A stretch of DNA of 64,000 bases, taken from contig OZ024754.1 of the NCBI GenBank assembly GCA_964016885.1, positions 42,222,001 to 42,286,000 of the forward strand, given 5' to 3'. A model generated the notes under the pieces. It ran no database searches. It was not told the DNA's origin and worked only from the letters and a program-made list of their open reading frames with translations. Of the stretch, positions 13,175 to 25,871 are shown piece after piece. Origin of the DNA: Eledone cirrhosa. Taxonomy: Eukaryota. A program made the position numbers and the translations under genes. The stretch's first letter is position 1, and every line of letters begins with the position of its first letter.

Positions 13175-13595
13175 AAGTTTTTCGTTATTCCAGAGTTAAT
13201 AAAACAGGTTTTAGTCAAGTCTTTTATTATTTCAGAGTTAATAAAACAGGTTTTAGTCGTCTTTCGTTATTTAAGTCTTAATAAAACAGGTTTTAGTCAA
13301 GTCTTTCGTTATTTAAGTCTTAATAAAACAGGTTTTAGTCGAGCCTTTCATTATTTCAGAGTTTAAAACAGGTTTTAGTCAATTCTTCCAATATTTCAAA
13401 GTTAATAAAACAGGTTTTAGTCAATTCTTCCAATATTTAAGAGTTAATAAAACAGGTTTTAGTCAAGTCTTCTGTTATTTAAGTCTTAATAAAACAGGTT
13501 TTAGTCAAGTTTTCCAATATTTCAGAGTTAATAAAACGGGTTTTAATCAAGTCTTTCGTTATTTCAGAGTTAATAAAACAGGTTTTAGTCAAGTA
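13175..13595. repeat. ~42-bp minisatellite (ttaataaaacaggttttagtcaagtctttcgttatttcagag)
   Basis: About 10 tandem copies. Confidence 0.9.
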
Positions 13596-13778
13596 GGGCA
13601 ATGAGTTTAATTAACTCTCTCCCTCCTTTCTCATCTATGTCTAAACTAAGACATTTATTCTCAACACACACTACTTAAAATTAAGATATCTACATGCTTT
13701 TCAGCAAGTTAAATTGAAGTAGATTATCTTTATCTAGAAATTATGTAATTACTAAATTACTTCAGCTTATATATGTGT

Positions 13779-13824
<46 letters not shown>

Positions 13825-13833
13825 TACACATAT

Positions 13834-14353
<520 letters not shown>

Positions 14354-14894
14354 ACACACACACACACGTATGTATGTATGTATATATGACTTTAATTCAG
14401 TGAGAAAATAACTTCAGTTATTCACTAGTGACTGGCATTCTAACAACAAACAAATTCACTAACTACAACTATTTCTAATTATGTACTCTCCCTCTCTCTC
14501 ACCCTCTATCCCACCATCTCTCTCCCTTCCGCCTCACCATCTCTTTCTCTTCCCATCTCTCTCCAGCCCTCTCCCCCACAACATCTCTCTCTCCTGGATA
14601 TAATCCATAGCTGCTGCTATTTAAAGTTTTTTTATAGTGCTAATCCAATATTTATCAGACTGTTTTGAATTACTGACTCATCATCATCATCATCATCATC
14701 ATCAGCATTATTATCCTCATCATCATCACCATCATCATTGGTGTTTTACATCCATATTCCATACTTGGCATGGCCTGTACAAGTTGTAGTGAGGTCAGAC
14801 AGGTCACATGGTTGTATCTCCCCCACACCATTCTGGCAACCTTTCTACTCATAAAAACCCTTCTTGATGCCACCCACAGTAATGTACCAATCAT

Positions 14895-15160
14895 GTTTTA
14901 TCATGACACCAGTACTACAACTTTACAGAGTGTACTGGGTGCTTTTTATTATCACACCAGTACTACAGGGTGTACTGGGTGCTTTTTATTATCACACCAG
15001 TACTACAGAGTGTACTGGGTGCTTTTTATCATGACACCAGTACTACAACTTTACAGAGTGTACTGGATGCCTTTTATTATGACACCAATACTACAACTTT
15101 ACAGAGTGTACTCGGTGCTTTTTATCATGACACCAGTACTACAACTTTACAGAGTGTATT
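14895..15160. repeat. ~56-bp tandem repeat inside a SINE-related fragment
   Basis: ttttatcatgacaccagtactacaactttacagagtgtactgggtgc repeated; matches the acagtgagtgctgggtgctttttt segment of the SINE body. Confidence 0.75.
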
Positions 15161-15594
15161 CACAAAACATTGGTTAGCTTTAGGGTGTAGTAGAAGACAA
15201 CTACCGAAGGTACCACACAGTGAGGTAAACCCAGAAACATAAGGTTCTGCAGTGAACTTCTTAACTACACACCATGCCTGTGCCTCTATGAAAAGTATGA
15301 ACACCACAGCCTCCTTTATGGTACTGAAACATTTTGTTTATAGTGTATATGTGGTATGTGTGGCCAAGTATATCATGAGGAAGGCAGCATCATAGAATTG
15401 ATAAATGTGTCCGAACACGGACAGCCGAGCCGAACTCCTACTGCCATCGCCTCCATCTCTCTCGCCCTCCCCATCTCTCATGTACACCAGGTCCAAACAC
15501 AGAGGAACCAAACTCCCACTGCCATCTCTCTCGTTTTCCCCATCTCTCTGTATTATGAGCAAATGGGGTCATTTAGGGCTTTATGCTGCCTATG

Positions 15595-15851
15595 TTAACC
15601 CTTTAGCATTTACATTACTCAATATATTCTATTGTATTTTCATGGTAAAGGCTTTATTTGACATAATATTTACATTACTCAATATATACTATTGTATTTT
15701 CATGGTAAAGGCTTTATCTCATATAAATATTTCACATAATATCGAATCTATGAGATTTTGATATTATTTATTTTGAGAACAATACCTTAACATCAGTATG
15801 AGAGAATTCTGGTCGGATATGACCAGTTTAAATGCTAAATGCTAAAGGGTT
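15595..15851 (+). mobile_element. piggyBac-type MITE A with an internal duplication
   Basis: TTAACCCTTTAGCATT...AATGCTAAAGGGTT. Confidence 0.8.
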
Positions 15852-16191
15852 GTGTGTATGTGTGTGTGTTTCTATTATATTTTCAGAATTCTAAAATAAA
15901 AGTTAGGGGCCAGATTCGAAAGTTTCATGTGTCAGTCCCCCATCAATTCCAACTAACCAAACACAGTTTAACCATTTCCAGCTGATGTCACCATATATTT
16001 AACTATGTAGTGGAAGTAATCTTCTGTAATAGTTTATTTATGCTATACAGCCGGGCTTCCTGTCTGAACAAAGGCTTCAGCTATCCTGTTCTGATAGTTG
16101 CCCTAATCTGATTCACCGCTTATTAGTTTTATTATTTTCCTTCTTATTATTATTATTCATTCAAATTTCCTGGAATAAATTTGTACTTTCT

Positions 16192-16226
<35 letters not shown>

Positions 16227-16479
16227 GTGTGTGTGAGAGAGAGAGAGGTGTGTGTGTGAGAGAGAGAGAGGTGTGTGTGAGAGAGGTAGGTGCAAGTGTG
16301 TGTGTGTGTGTCTGTGTAAGTGTGTCTGTGTGTGTTAAAAATGTGAAATATTTGAGATTTCATGCCAAGTATTTTGAGCTATCAAATTAACTCATCTGAA
16401 ATATGGAAATGTTATTTTTATACCTGTCATGCTGTTAAGAAATGTTTCCATTTTATTATTGCTGCTTTGGACCTAATAC

Positions 16480-16659
16480 TTGTAGGTTCCAGGACTTTGT
16501 TCTGAGTTCAAATCTCACTAATATCAACTTTGCCTTTCATCCTTCTGGAGTTGATAAAATAAAGTAACAGTCAAGTACAAGGGTCGATATCTTTGGCTGG
16601 TCCCTCCCCACCAAATTGCTGGCCTTGTGCCTAAATCAGAAACGATTATTATTATTATT
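16480..16659 (+). mobile_element. SINE family 2 (Meta-domain-like), 3' part with (ATT)n tail
   Basis: ctgagttcaaatc...aactttgcctttcatccttctggagttgataaaataaagta...ggccttgtgcctaaa(att)n; homologous to 35185-35375. Confidence 0.7.
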
Positions 16660-17305
16660 GGGTTATTTCACTTGGTTCTGTTGTTTTTCTGTTGCTGGGT
16701 TCAGGCCTTGAACCTAAGAGAATAGAGGTTTCCATTGTAGAGAGAGAGCTTATCTGAGACTGTCTGCTGTTCCTAGTAGCTTGATCTTCTGTAACTCATA
16801 TTTGATGATCTTACAGGGAAGGACACTAAGGTGCAGGCCTGAGGATTGGGGTATTAATCCTAATGCCCCTATTACCCCAGGGATAATGTTTCTGGTCATC
16901 CTCCACATGTGGTTGATCTCTATTTCCAGGTCTTTGTATTTTGACAGTTTCTCCATTGTTTTTATAGATGTATTCTTGTCAGCTGGTATGGAAATATCTG
17001 TAAGGCTACATGTCCGATCTGTTTTGTTTTTTATGATATCTGGTCTGTTGGCAGTGATTTCTTGCTCAGTTATCACAGGCACATACCACAAGATGGATTT
17101 GTTGCCCTTTTCCATGACTGTTTTTGGTTGATGTTCATACCATTTGTCAGAAGTTTGGATGTCATGAGAACGGCAGAGCATCTAGTGCACATATTTGGCA
17201 ATGCGGTTGTGTCTTTCTATATAGTCAGTTTTTGCCAACTCTGGACACTTGGAGATAACATTACCTATTGTTTCTTTGTATTTGTTGCATATTCTGTATA
17301 GGGGG
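16660..17305 (-). mobile_element. 5'-truncated R4/Dong-like non-LTR retrotransposon (zinc knuckle plus restriction-like endonuclease), pseudogenised
   Basis: Minus-strand translation YRICNKYKETIGNVISKCPELAKTDYIERHNRIAKYVH*...KWYEHQP...ANRPDII...DISIP...EKLSKYKDLEIEI...IIPGVIGALG...LLGTA: degenerate CCHC knuckle, RHN, PD..D and K..KY motifs of RLE domains; in-frame stop at 17182-17184. Confidence 0.88.
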
Positions 17306-17608
17306 CTATAGGAATGAACTGAGGTAGAAACTGGGTTTAAGAAGAATTTGAAGTGGTGTGCAAGAGAGAAGACTGCATTAGTACGGGCATGTGATACGCA
17401 AGGATGATGATCGCTGGGTGAAGAAATGCCAGGAAATCCCAGTGGAAGGAAGCCACAGTAGAGGTAGACCAAGAAAAACTCTAAGTGATTTGAGAGCTGA
17501 TCTCAAATCACTTAGAGTCACAGGAGATGACGAAGGAACATACTGAAAAGGACCTGTCCAACCCATGCAAGCTGGGAAAAAACATGTAAAAACTATGATG
17601 ATGATGAT
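17306..17608 (+). mobile_element. RTE-clade LINE 3' end (degenerate)
   Basis: Translation ...VQERRLH*YGHVIRKDDDRWVKKCQEIPVEGSHSRGRPRKT (RLxWxGHxxR...RGRPRKTW motif), then ccaacccatgcaagc tail and (GAT)n. Confidence 0.85.
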
Positions 17609-17899
17609 ATAGATAAATTACATGCTAGAATTTTTACTTTGTAATTACGTAGGAAAAGATGCTACTTATACAAGACTATATTCAATATGATAGAATGTTT
17701 TCTAGTGTAAATGTTCAGCTAAATTGTGTGGGAGGCATATTAGGTTGAAAGTTAAACCATCAGCTGTAATTAGAGTGAAATTAGAAACTGATGTTAAAAT
17801 CGAATTTGATTTGTGAATTGTTATAGAAATCAATGACCTTTATGTATTAATATTATATTGGTTAATTAACTTGTCTTTGTGATTCAGACATTGAACTCG

Positions 17900-18275
17900 T
17901 GAGCTCATGGGTCATATGGTCATAGGTTCTATTCCTGGAGCTGGCAGTGTGTTGTGTTCTTGAGCAAGATACTCCATTTCATGTTGTCTTTTATGGTAAG
18001 ACTGGGGCTCTTATTAATATAACACACGAGAAACCTCCTATGAGGTACAACCTCATAGGAGAGCCAGCTAAACCTGCATAAGTGTTAGCTGTAACAACAC
18101 TGGGGCCCCTATAATTAAATCACCTGAAAACCCTCCTTTTAAAACCTCATAGAGGGGCCAGCTAAACCTGAATAGGTTTGAGCTGTAACAGTACTGGAAT
18201 CCCTATTAAATCACCCAAGAAACCTCCTTTGAGATACACCCTTGTAGGGGAACAGCTAAACCCACATAGGACCCT
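17900..18275 (+). mobile_element. tRNA/CORE-like SINE with a tandemly repeated ~110-bp 3' unit
   Basis: ggttctattcc B-box-like motif, gtgttcttgagcaagatactccatttc; repeated cctcataggagagccagctaaacctg; homologue at 55630-56150. Confidence 0.6.
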
Positions 18276-20078
18276 AATCTCTTCTTTCATAGCATCGGGT
18301 TGACCAATGCTTTGTGAGTGGAAATATGGTTGACAGAAACTGTCTGGAAGCCTGTTATTTGTGTGTGTGTGAATGTATGTGAATGAGTGTATGTGAATGT
18401 GTGTATGTATATGAATGTGTATGTGAATATGTGTGTGACTGTGAATACATATGAATTTGTATGTGTGAGGATGTGTGTATGTATGAGAGTCTGTATGTGA
18501 ATGTGTGTGTGTGTGTGTGTGTGTACACATATATATTTATTGTTTGTTTTTGTCAAGTAACTGAAAAATTAAGTACTGAGGTCGATACGATTTGAGTGAA
18601 TCTGTTGAAGGCAGTGTCCCAGCATGGCCACAGTTTAAGAACTGAAAGTAGCAAAAGAATAAATACATTATCTGTTATTTATTGAGATATTGGCAATTCC
18701 AATAAAACAGCAATCCACTTGTTGTTGTTTTAGTTCTTCACTGGAATATTACGAAATGATAGAAATTAAAATAAGTTGTAAATCTTACGATATTCTTCAG
18801 AGTAAGGAGGGGCGGGGGGATAGAGAGATTAATATTTAAATTTATTTTGATTGCTGTTGGAATGATAGAACTGGTGGTGCTGGTGGTGAGGGTGGTGGTG
18901 GTAGGGGTGGTGGTGGTGGTAGGGGTGGTGGTTGATTGGTAGATGAAATAATATATTATCTATTATCTTCATTGGAGATTGTTTGCTAGGTTTCCTCCCA
19001 CCTTGGATTGCCGTTAGTTTGGAGAATGGCTGAATAAATATCGGCTGACAATTATGTATATATACATATTGATGAAATTCTGTTATATAAAGACAGTCTA
19101 CTACTTCTGATATACATACATGAATATGTATGTATGTGTGTGTGTGTGATATATATATATATATATATATATACATACACTCCCACACATTTATATATAT
19201 ATATATATATACAAATATACATATTTGTGTGATATATATATACACATCTATATATCTATATGTATATACACACAGACACACACACACACACATACATACA
19301 TATATATATAATAATATATATATATATATGTTTACACACACATATATGTAGACACTGACACATACATATACATGTGTAGACACCCACAAATACATATATA
19401 CATGTCTACACACCCACATATACATGTACATGTGTACACACCCACATGTACATATACATGTCTACATATACATATATACATGTGTACATATCCACACATA
19501 CATATACATGTCTACACACCCACATATACATATATACATGTGTACACACCCACACATACATATACATGTGTATACACCCACACATACATATACATGTGTA
19601 CACACGCACACATACATATACATGTGTACACACCCACAGTCCTGGGTTAGGCCACAACCAGTTCCAGTGATAAGAGTTCTACTTGTATGATCAATACAAC
19701 AGTCTACTCAATGTGATGTAAGTGGTTGAGTATTCCACAGTCACGTGTACCCTTACTGTAGTTCTCAGGGAGAGCCAGCATGACACTGTGTGTGACAAAA
19801 TTGCCCCCCTCCCTCTCCGTATCTATTACAGCTACAGTTTGTTTTTGTCAACTAAATTAAACTGGAGCAACGTGAAATAAAGTGTCTTGCTCAAGGACAC
19901 AACTCGCTACTGGGAATTGAACTCACAACCTTACAGTTATCAGCTAACCATCCTAACCATTAAACCGCACACATTTATACAAATACATTTATACCTGCGC
20001 ACGCGTGCACGCACGCACACACACACGCACGCACGCACGCACACACGCGCACACACACATATGCATGCACATATGTTT

Positions 20079-20275
20079 ATTCCAGGTTCAATCAGGGGTA
20101 ACCACAGTAAGTAAGGTACTCAATACATAGCAGAGTATATATATTTAATATAGGAATGGCTTCTACAGGACTAGAACTGTTTCATTCGGGAGAAATCATC
20201 AGGAAGCCCAGGTCTCTCTGATGATTTCTCCCGAATGAAACAGTTCTAGTCCTGTAGAATTATTTCTTTATTAAA
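20079..20275. mobile_element. Inverted-hammerhead Penelope-like terminal element, copy 1
   Basis: Leader ccaggttcaatcaggggtaaccacagtaagtaaggtactcaatac, then an inverted repeat of ctgatgatttctcccgaatgaaacagttctagtcctgtagaa. Confidence 0.8.
20158..20208 (-). ncRNA. Type I hammerhead ribozyme
   Basis: Minus strand GGCTTC-CTGATGA-tTTCtcccGAAt-GAA-ACAG-ttctagtc-CTGT-A^GAAGCC; 6-bp stem I, 4-bp stem III, GUA triplet. Confidence 0.8.
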
Positions 20276-20360
20276 TAAATAAATAAATAAAAATATATAT
20301 AATATATATATATATATATTTATATAGTAACAATAATAAATTTGAAGACTAAAATCCATA

Positions 20361-20396
<36 letters not shown>

Positions 20397-20399
20397 GTT

Positions 20400-20583
20400 A
20401 TTCCGGGTTGAATCGGAGGTAACCACAGTAAGTAAGGTACTCAATACATAGCAGAGTATAAAAGTTTTAATATAGATGAGATTCTACAGGACTAGAACTG
20501 TTTCATTCATTAGAAATTAGAAAGGGGATTCCTGATGATTTCTAATGAATGAAACAGTTCTAGTCCTGTAGAATCTCATCTAT
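20400..20583. mobile_element. Inverted-hammerhead Penelope-like terminal element, copy 2
   Basis: Same leader; left arm truncated within stem II, right arm complete. Confidence 0.8.
20525..20577 (+). ncRNA. Type I hammerhead ribozyme
   Basis: GGGATTC-CTGATGA(20532-20538)-tTTCtaatGAAt-GAA-ACAG-ttctagtc-CTGT-A^GAATCTC; 7-bp stem I including one G-U; predicted cleavage after 20570. Confidence 0.82.
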
Positions 20584-20589
20584 ATATAT

Positions 20590-20637
<48 letters not shown>

Positions 20638-20864
20638 AAAGGAAAATGACTTTACTTGTAGTTCTAAACAATTCAATTTTATAATATTACAATTTTGCAA
20701 TTTTGTAGATCTACAAAATTGAATAGTAAAGTCATTATTTTCCTTTTTTCATATATATATGTGTGTGTGTGTATGCATATGTATGTATGCATATATATAT
20801 GTATGTGTGTATGTATGCATATATATATATGCATGTCTGTATGTATGCATATGTATGTATGTCT

Positions 20865-20919
<55 letters not shown>

Positions 20920-21034
20920 CATATGTGTGTGTGTATGCATATGTATGTATGTATGTATGCATATATATATGTATGTGTGTATGTATGCATATATATATAT
21001 GCATGTCTGTATGTATGCATATGTATGTATGTCT

Positions 21035-21080
<46 letters not shown>

Positions 21081-21140
21081 ATATAAATATATATATATAT
21101 ATGTGTGTGTGTATATATATATATATATATACACACACAC

Positions 21141-21298
21141 GAAGCTGTGGAAAGTCTCGGGAGTGTACAGCAGCCGTGTATGTGTGAGAGGGTGCAAGTC
21201 TTTGGCTGGCTTGAAGAGACACATTCGTGCCTCACATTTCTTTAGCATTTCATCAGGCGACAGCAATGCTCGAACACAAGTTTGCAACCATCATGAGA
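21141..21298 (+). mobile_element. LINE (RTE-like) 3' end with C-terminal C2H2-like zinc finger, inside a microsatellite
   Basis: Translation YSSRVCVRGCKSLAGLKRHIRASH resembles the CxxCxRxCxSxxGLxxHxRxH tail of RTE-type ORFs; flanked by (CA)/(GT) repeats. Confidence 0.6.
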
Positions 21299-21325
21299 GT
21301 GTGTGTGTGTGTGTGTGTGTATATA

Positions 21326-21356
<31 letters not shown>

Positions 21357-21357
21357 G

Positions 21358-21390
<33 letters not shown>

Positions 21391-21633
21391 ATATATGTGT
21401 GTGTGTGTGTGTGTGTATATATGTGTATGTGTGTATGTATATGTAATTTTCTCCCTTGTTCTGTAAATAGTAAATAGCCATGTTGACTTCTCGGTATGAA
21501 TTGTTTCTTTAGAAAAAGTTAAGCTTGCAATATAACATGTTGTTGTTTGTTGTTGAGCTGAAATGTGGAGGTGTTGTGATAATATATGTTGTATATATAA
21601 TAGTCAATATATAGATCTAGCTGTATAGTAGCT

Positions 21634-21862
21634 ATCATCACCATCATTTCATTTTACGTCCGCTTTTTCCCTGCTTGCAAGGGTGGGACGGGAACTGATT
21701 CTGGCTTGATTTCTACAGCTGGATGCCCTTCCTAACACCAACCTCATTTACAGTGAGTGCTGGGTGCTTTTTTGACGTGGCACCTCCACAACCACTTTGC
21801 AGTGGAATGATATGGACCCGTCCCTATCATCTCATTTCTACAGCTGAGTAAACTGGAGCAAT
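21634..21862 (-). mobile_element. 5'-truncated copy of the 13834-14172 SINE
   Basis: Near-identical sequence from the tail to ctcatttctacagctgagtaaactggagcaat. Confidence 0.85.
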
Positions 21863-21869
21863 AGCTATA

Positions 21870-22432
21870 TATACACATACACTCAACACTACATTTCTTT
21901 GTGAATCACATGTTCACTGGAATCTATCGAAAACTATGTTAAATATATGATATATATATTTATATATATTTTTATGATGTATATATAATAGCCAGTATAA
22001 AGATCTAGGTGTATAGTAGCTATATACACCTTCAACACTACATGTTGTGAATCACATGGTAACTGAGTCTATCTAAAACTATGTTAAATATATGATGTAT
22101 GTATAATATATGATGTATATATAATATATGATGTATATATAATATATGATGTATATATAATATATGATGTATATATAATATATGATGTATATATATATAC
22201 ACCATCAACACTAAATATATTTAGTTGTGAATCCCATGTTCACTGGAATCTATCTAAAACTATGTTAAACATGATGTATATATAATATATGATGTATATA
22301 TATATGATGTATATATAATAGGCAGTATAAAGATCTAGCTATATAGTAGCTATATACACTCTCAATACTCAATACTCAATATATTTGGGAATCACATGTT
22401 CACTGGAATCTATCTAAAACTATGTTAAACAT
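21870..22432. repeat. Imperfect tandem repeat, 4 copies of gtgaatcacatgttcactggaatctatctaaaactatgttaaa
   Basis: Seen directly. Confidence 0.75.
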
Positions 22433-22694
22433 GGATATTTTATGTTAAATCAATTCCCTCGTATTCTTAGTTTAACGTAAAAAACGAACCAAACTAAGAA
22501 TTATTTGGGGGGTTTTTTTTTGCTTTACCTTTTTTATATGAATAAATTTGTTTTCATAAATATTAATAAATATTATTTTTGTTTGATATATTCTCGTTCC
22601 TTTTCTTTCTTTCTGTCTCTTTCTGTGTCTGTTGCTTCTCTTTCTCTCTCTATCTGTCTATCGTTCTTGTTTTCTATCCCTTGGTCTAACCCTT

Positions 22695-22797
<103 letters not shown>

Positions 22798-22856
22798 CCC
22801 TATTCCTCTCCTGTTCTATCACTTCCTCTGTTGCTCTCTCTTTCTCTCTCTCTCTG

Positions 22857-22902
<46 letters not shown>

Positions 22903-22949
22903 GCTTGCTCTCTATTTCTTCCTCTTTTGCTCGCGCTCTCTCTCTCTCT

Positions 22950-22992
<43 letters not shown>

Positions 22993-23018
22993 TTGTGTAT
23001 ATATCCCTACCTACCTTA

Positions 23019-23082
<64 letters not shown>

Positions 23083-23677
23083 TTTGAAATGATATAAACT
23101 ATCCCCTATGTTATTCTACCATTATTGTGTAGTGCATCTCTTGATCGGCATGGATTGTGTAGAATAAAGTATTGATTGCATGCGACTGTGGTTGGTTGCT
23201 AGCTGCTACTATCATATCACGTTGTATACCGGCTTTCGTTCTGTTCTTTTCCCTTTGCTCCGCCGTGCTCTCTTCTTCCTCAGTCTCACAGTAAATAGCG
23301 ATTCTCTGCCAGAAATGGAGTTTGGAATATTTTCCTCTGCCTTCATTGCTTCCTTCATTGTCTTGAGAAATTTGTGAAAGGAAAAAAAAGAAACACACAA
23401 AAAAAAATATATATTTTTTTATAATTCTTCTTCCGCCCTCCAAAAAAAAACAAACACATATATATAAATATATTTATATATATATATATATATATACATA
23501 TATACATATTTATATGATTTCCCCAGCCCCCTGGTTCAATTTGATGCCTTTGTAAGAGTTGTGTGGTGTCATCAGCTTCGATGAAAGCTCACACACTGAG
23601 TTAAATGACTTGTGACTCACTGAAAATGGTTGCTTGCAGTAAAAAAGTAACAGAATGTGTATATTTTGTCGTGACAG

Positions 23678-23786
23678 GTATGTACAGGACCCCACCACCT
23701 GTAGCACCTCCACCCCAGCCACCTCAGCCATCATCCATATATCAACACATTAATGCCAATGGACCCAAGGAACCAGAGACAGATAG
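23678..23786 (+). CDS. Internal coding exon, proline-rich (xMYRTPPPVAPPPQPPQPSSIYQHINANGPKEPETDR/S); possibly the post-EVH1 exon of an Ena/VASP-like gene
   Basis: Acceptor tattttgtcgtgacag|, strong donor AG|gtaagt at 23787, open frame, non-repetitive GC-richer composition; phase 1 to phase 2; the frame also stays open upstream to an ATG at 23626. Gene identity is inference only. Confidence 0.7.
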
Positions 23787-23894
23787 GTAAGTACTTTCTT
23801 TCTTTCTCACTCTTTCTCCTCCTCATATTGTTTTCTTGTTTTTCTTTGTCATTCTTCCACTTTTCCTTCTCTTTAGACCCGGGGCATTATGAAG

Positions 23895-25270
23895 ATATAT
23901 AGAAAGGAGGTGCTATACTATTGTCAACTATAGTAATGTTTATATAGAAAGGAGGTGCTATACTATTGTCAACTATAGTAATGTTTATATAGAAAGGAGG
24001 TGCTATACTATTGTCAACTATAGTAATGTTTATTTAGAAAGGAGGTACTATACCATTGTCAGCTATAGTAATGTTTATATAGAAAGGAGGTGCTATACTA
24101 TTGTCAACTATAGTAATGTTTATATAGAAAGGAGGTGCTATACCATTGTCAACTATAGTAATGTTTATATAGAAAGGAGGTGCTATACCATTGTCAGCTA
24201 TAGTAATGTTTATATAGAAAGGAGGTGCTATACCATTGTCAGCTATAGTAATGTTTATATAGAAAGGAGGTGCTATACTATTGTCAACTATAGTAATGTT
24301 TATATAGAAAGGAGGTGCTATACCATTGTCAACTATAGTAATGTTTATATAGAAAGGAGGTGCTATACCATTGTCAACTATAGTAATGTTTATATAGAAA
24401 GGAGGTGCTATACCATTGTCAACTATAGTAATGTTTATATAGATGGGACGTACTATACTATTGTGACCTATAGTAATGTTTATATAGAAAGGAGGTGCTA
24501 TACTATTGTCAGCTATAGTAATGTTTATATAGATGGGACGTACTATACTATTGTCAGCTATAGTAATGTTTAAATAGAAAGGAGGTACTATACCATGGTC
24601 AACTATAGTAATGTTTATATAGATGGGAGGTACTATACCATTGTCAACTCTAGTAATGTTTATATAGAAAGGAGGTACTATACCATGGTCAACTACAGTA
24701 ATGTTTATATAGAAAGGAGGTGCTATACTATTGTCAACTATAGTAATGTTTATATAGAAAGGAGGTACTATACCATGGTCAACTATAGTAATGTTTATAT
24801 AGAAAGGAGGTACTATACCATTGTCAACTATAGTAATGTTTATATAGATGGGAGGTGCTATACTATTGTGAGCTATAGTAATGTTTATATAGAAAGGAGG
24901 TCCTACTATGGTCAACTATAGTAATGTTTATATAGAAAGAAGGTACTATACTATTGTCAACTATAGTAATGTTTATATAGAAAGGAGGTACTATACTATT
25001 GTCAACTATAGTAATGTTTATATAGAAAGGAGGTGCTATACTATTATCAACTATAGTAATGGTTATATAGAAAGGAGGTACTGTACTATGGTCAGCTATA
25101 GTAATGTTTATATAGAAAGGAAGTACTGTACTATGGTCAGCTATAGTAATTTTTATATAGAAAGGAGGTGCTATACTATTGTCAGCTATAGTAATGTTTA
25201 TATAGAAAGGAGGTGCTATACTATTGTCAACTATAGTAATGTTTATATAGAAAAGAGGTACTGTACTCTA
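23895..25270. repeat. 45-bp minisatellite (tatatagaaaggaggtgctatactattgtcaactatagtaatgtt), about 30 copies
   Basis: Tandem copies; starts about 110 bp downstream of the exon donor. Confidence 0.95.
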
Positions 25271-25563
25271 CTGACCTATGTTAATGTACCAACAACTCAA
25301 TAGTTCTATTAATTAATTATATTTATCTCCAAAGACATTTCAACACAGATTAGCAGTTTGTTATAATTTCTAATATTTCTCATTCTTATTTCATATTTTA
25401 ATCTTGTATTATTTCAGTTCACTTCTTCATCAGCTTTATTTATATGTTTACATCTACTCCCCATGCTTGCATGGATTGAACTGTGTGTGTGTGTGTGTGT
25501 GTGTGTAAACATTAATATAATTGTATTTTTGCATTCCTGTGTTTTGTTTCACCCATTAACTAA

Positions 25564-25597
<34 letters not shown>

Positions 25598-25784
25598 ATA
25601 GTAATAATAATATTTATATTTATATATATAATCTATATACACTTATAAATAAGATCAGGGTAATAGATTAGGAATTTATTTGTTTTAACATTGTATATGC
25701 TCCTATGATTCCAGATGTTATCTGGAAGAAACGATCGTTAGCAATTAAATACATTAAACAAACATTTGATTGTTTTCTATGTTG

Positions 25785-25865
<81 letters not shown>

Positions 25866-25871
<6 letters not shown>

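Noticed and set aside
23550-23600. TCATCAG (minus-strand CTGATGA) within a small hairpin
   Set aside because: No correctly placed GAAA or stem III, so not a hammerhead
24034-24915. 293-aa ORF with INITIVDNGIAPPFY repeats
   Set aside because: 45-bp unit is a multiple of 3; antisense to the adjacent exon; bounded by a stop and an indel inside the array
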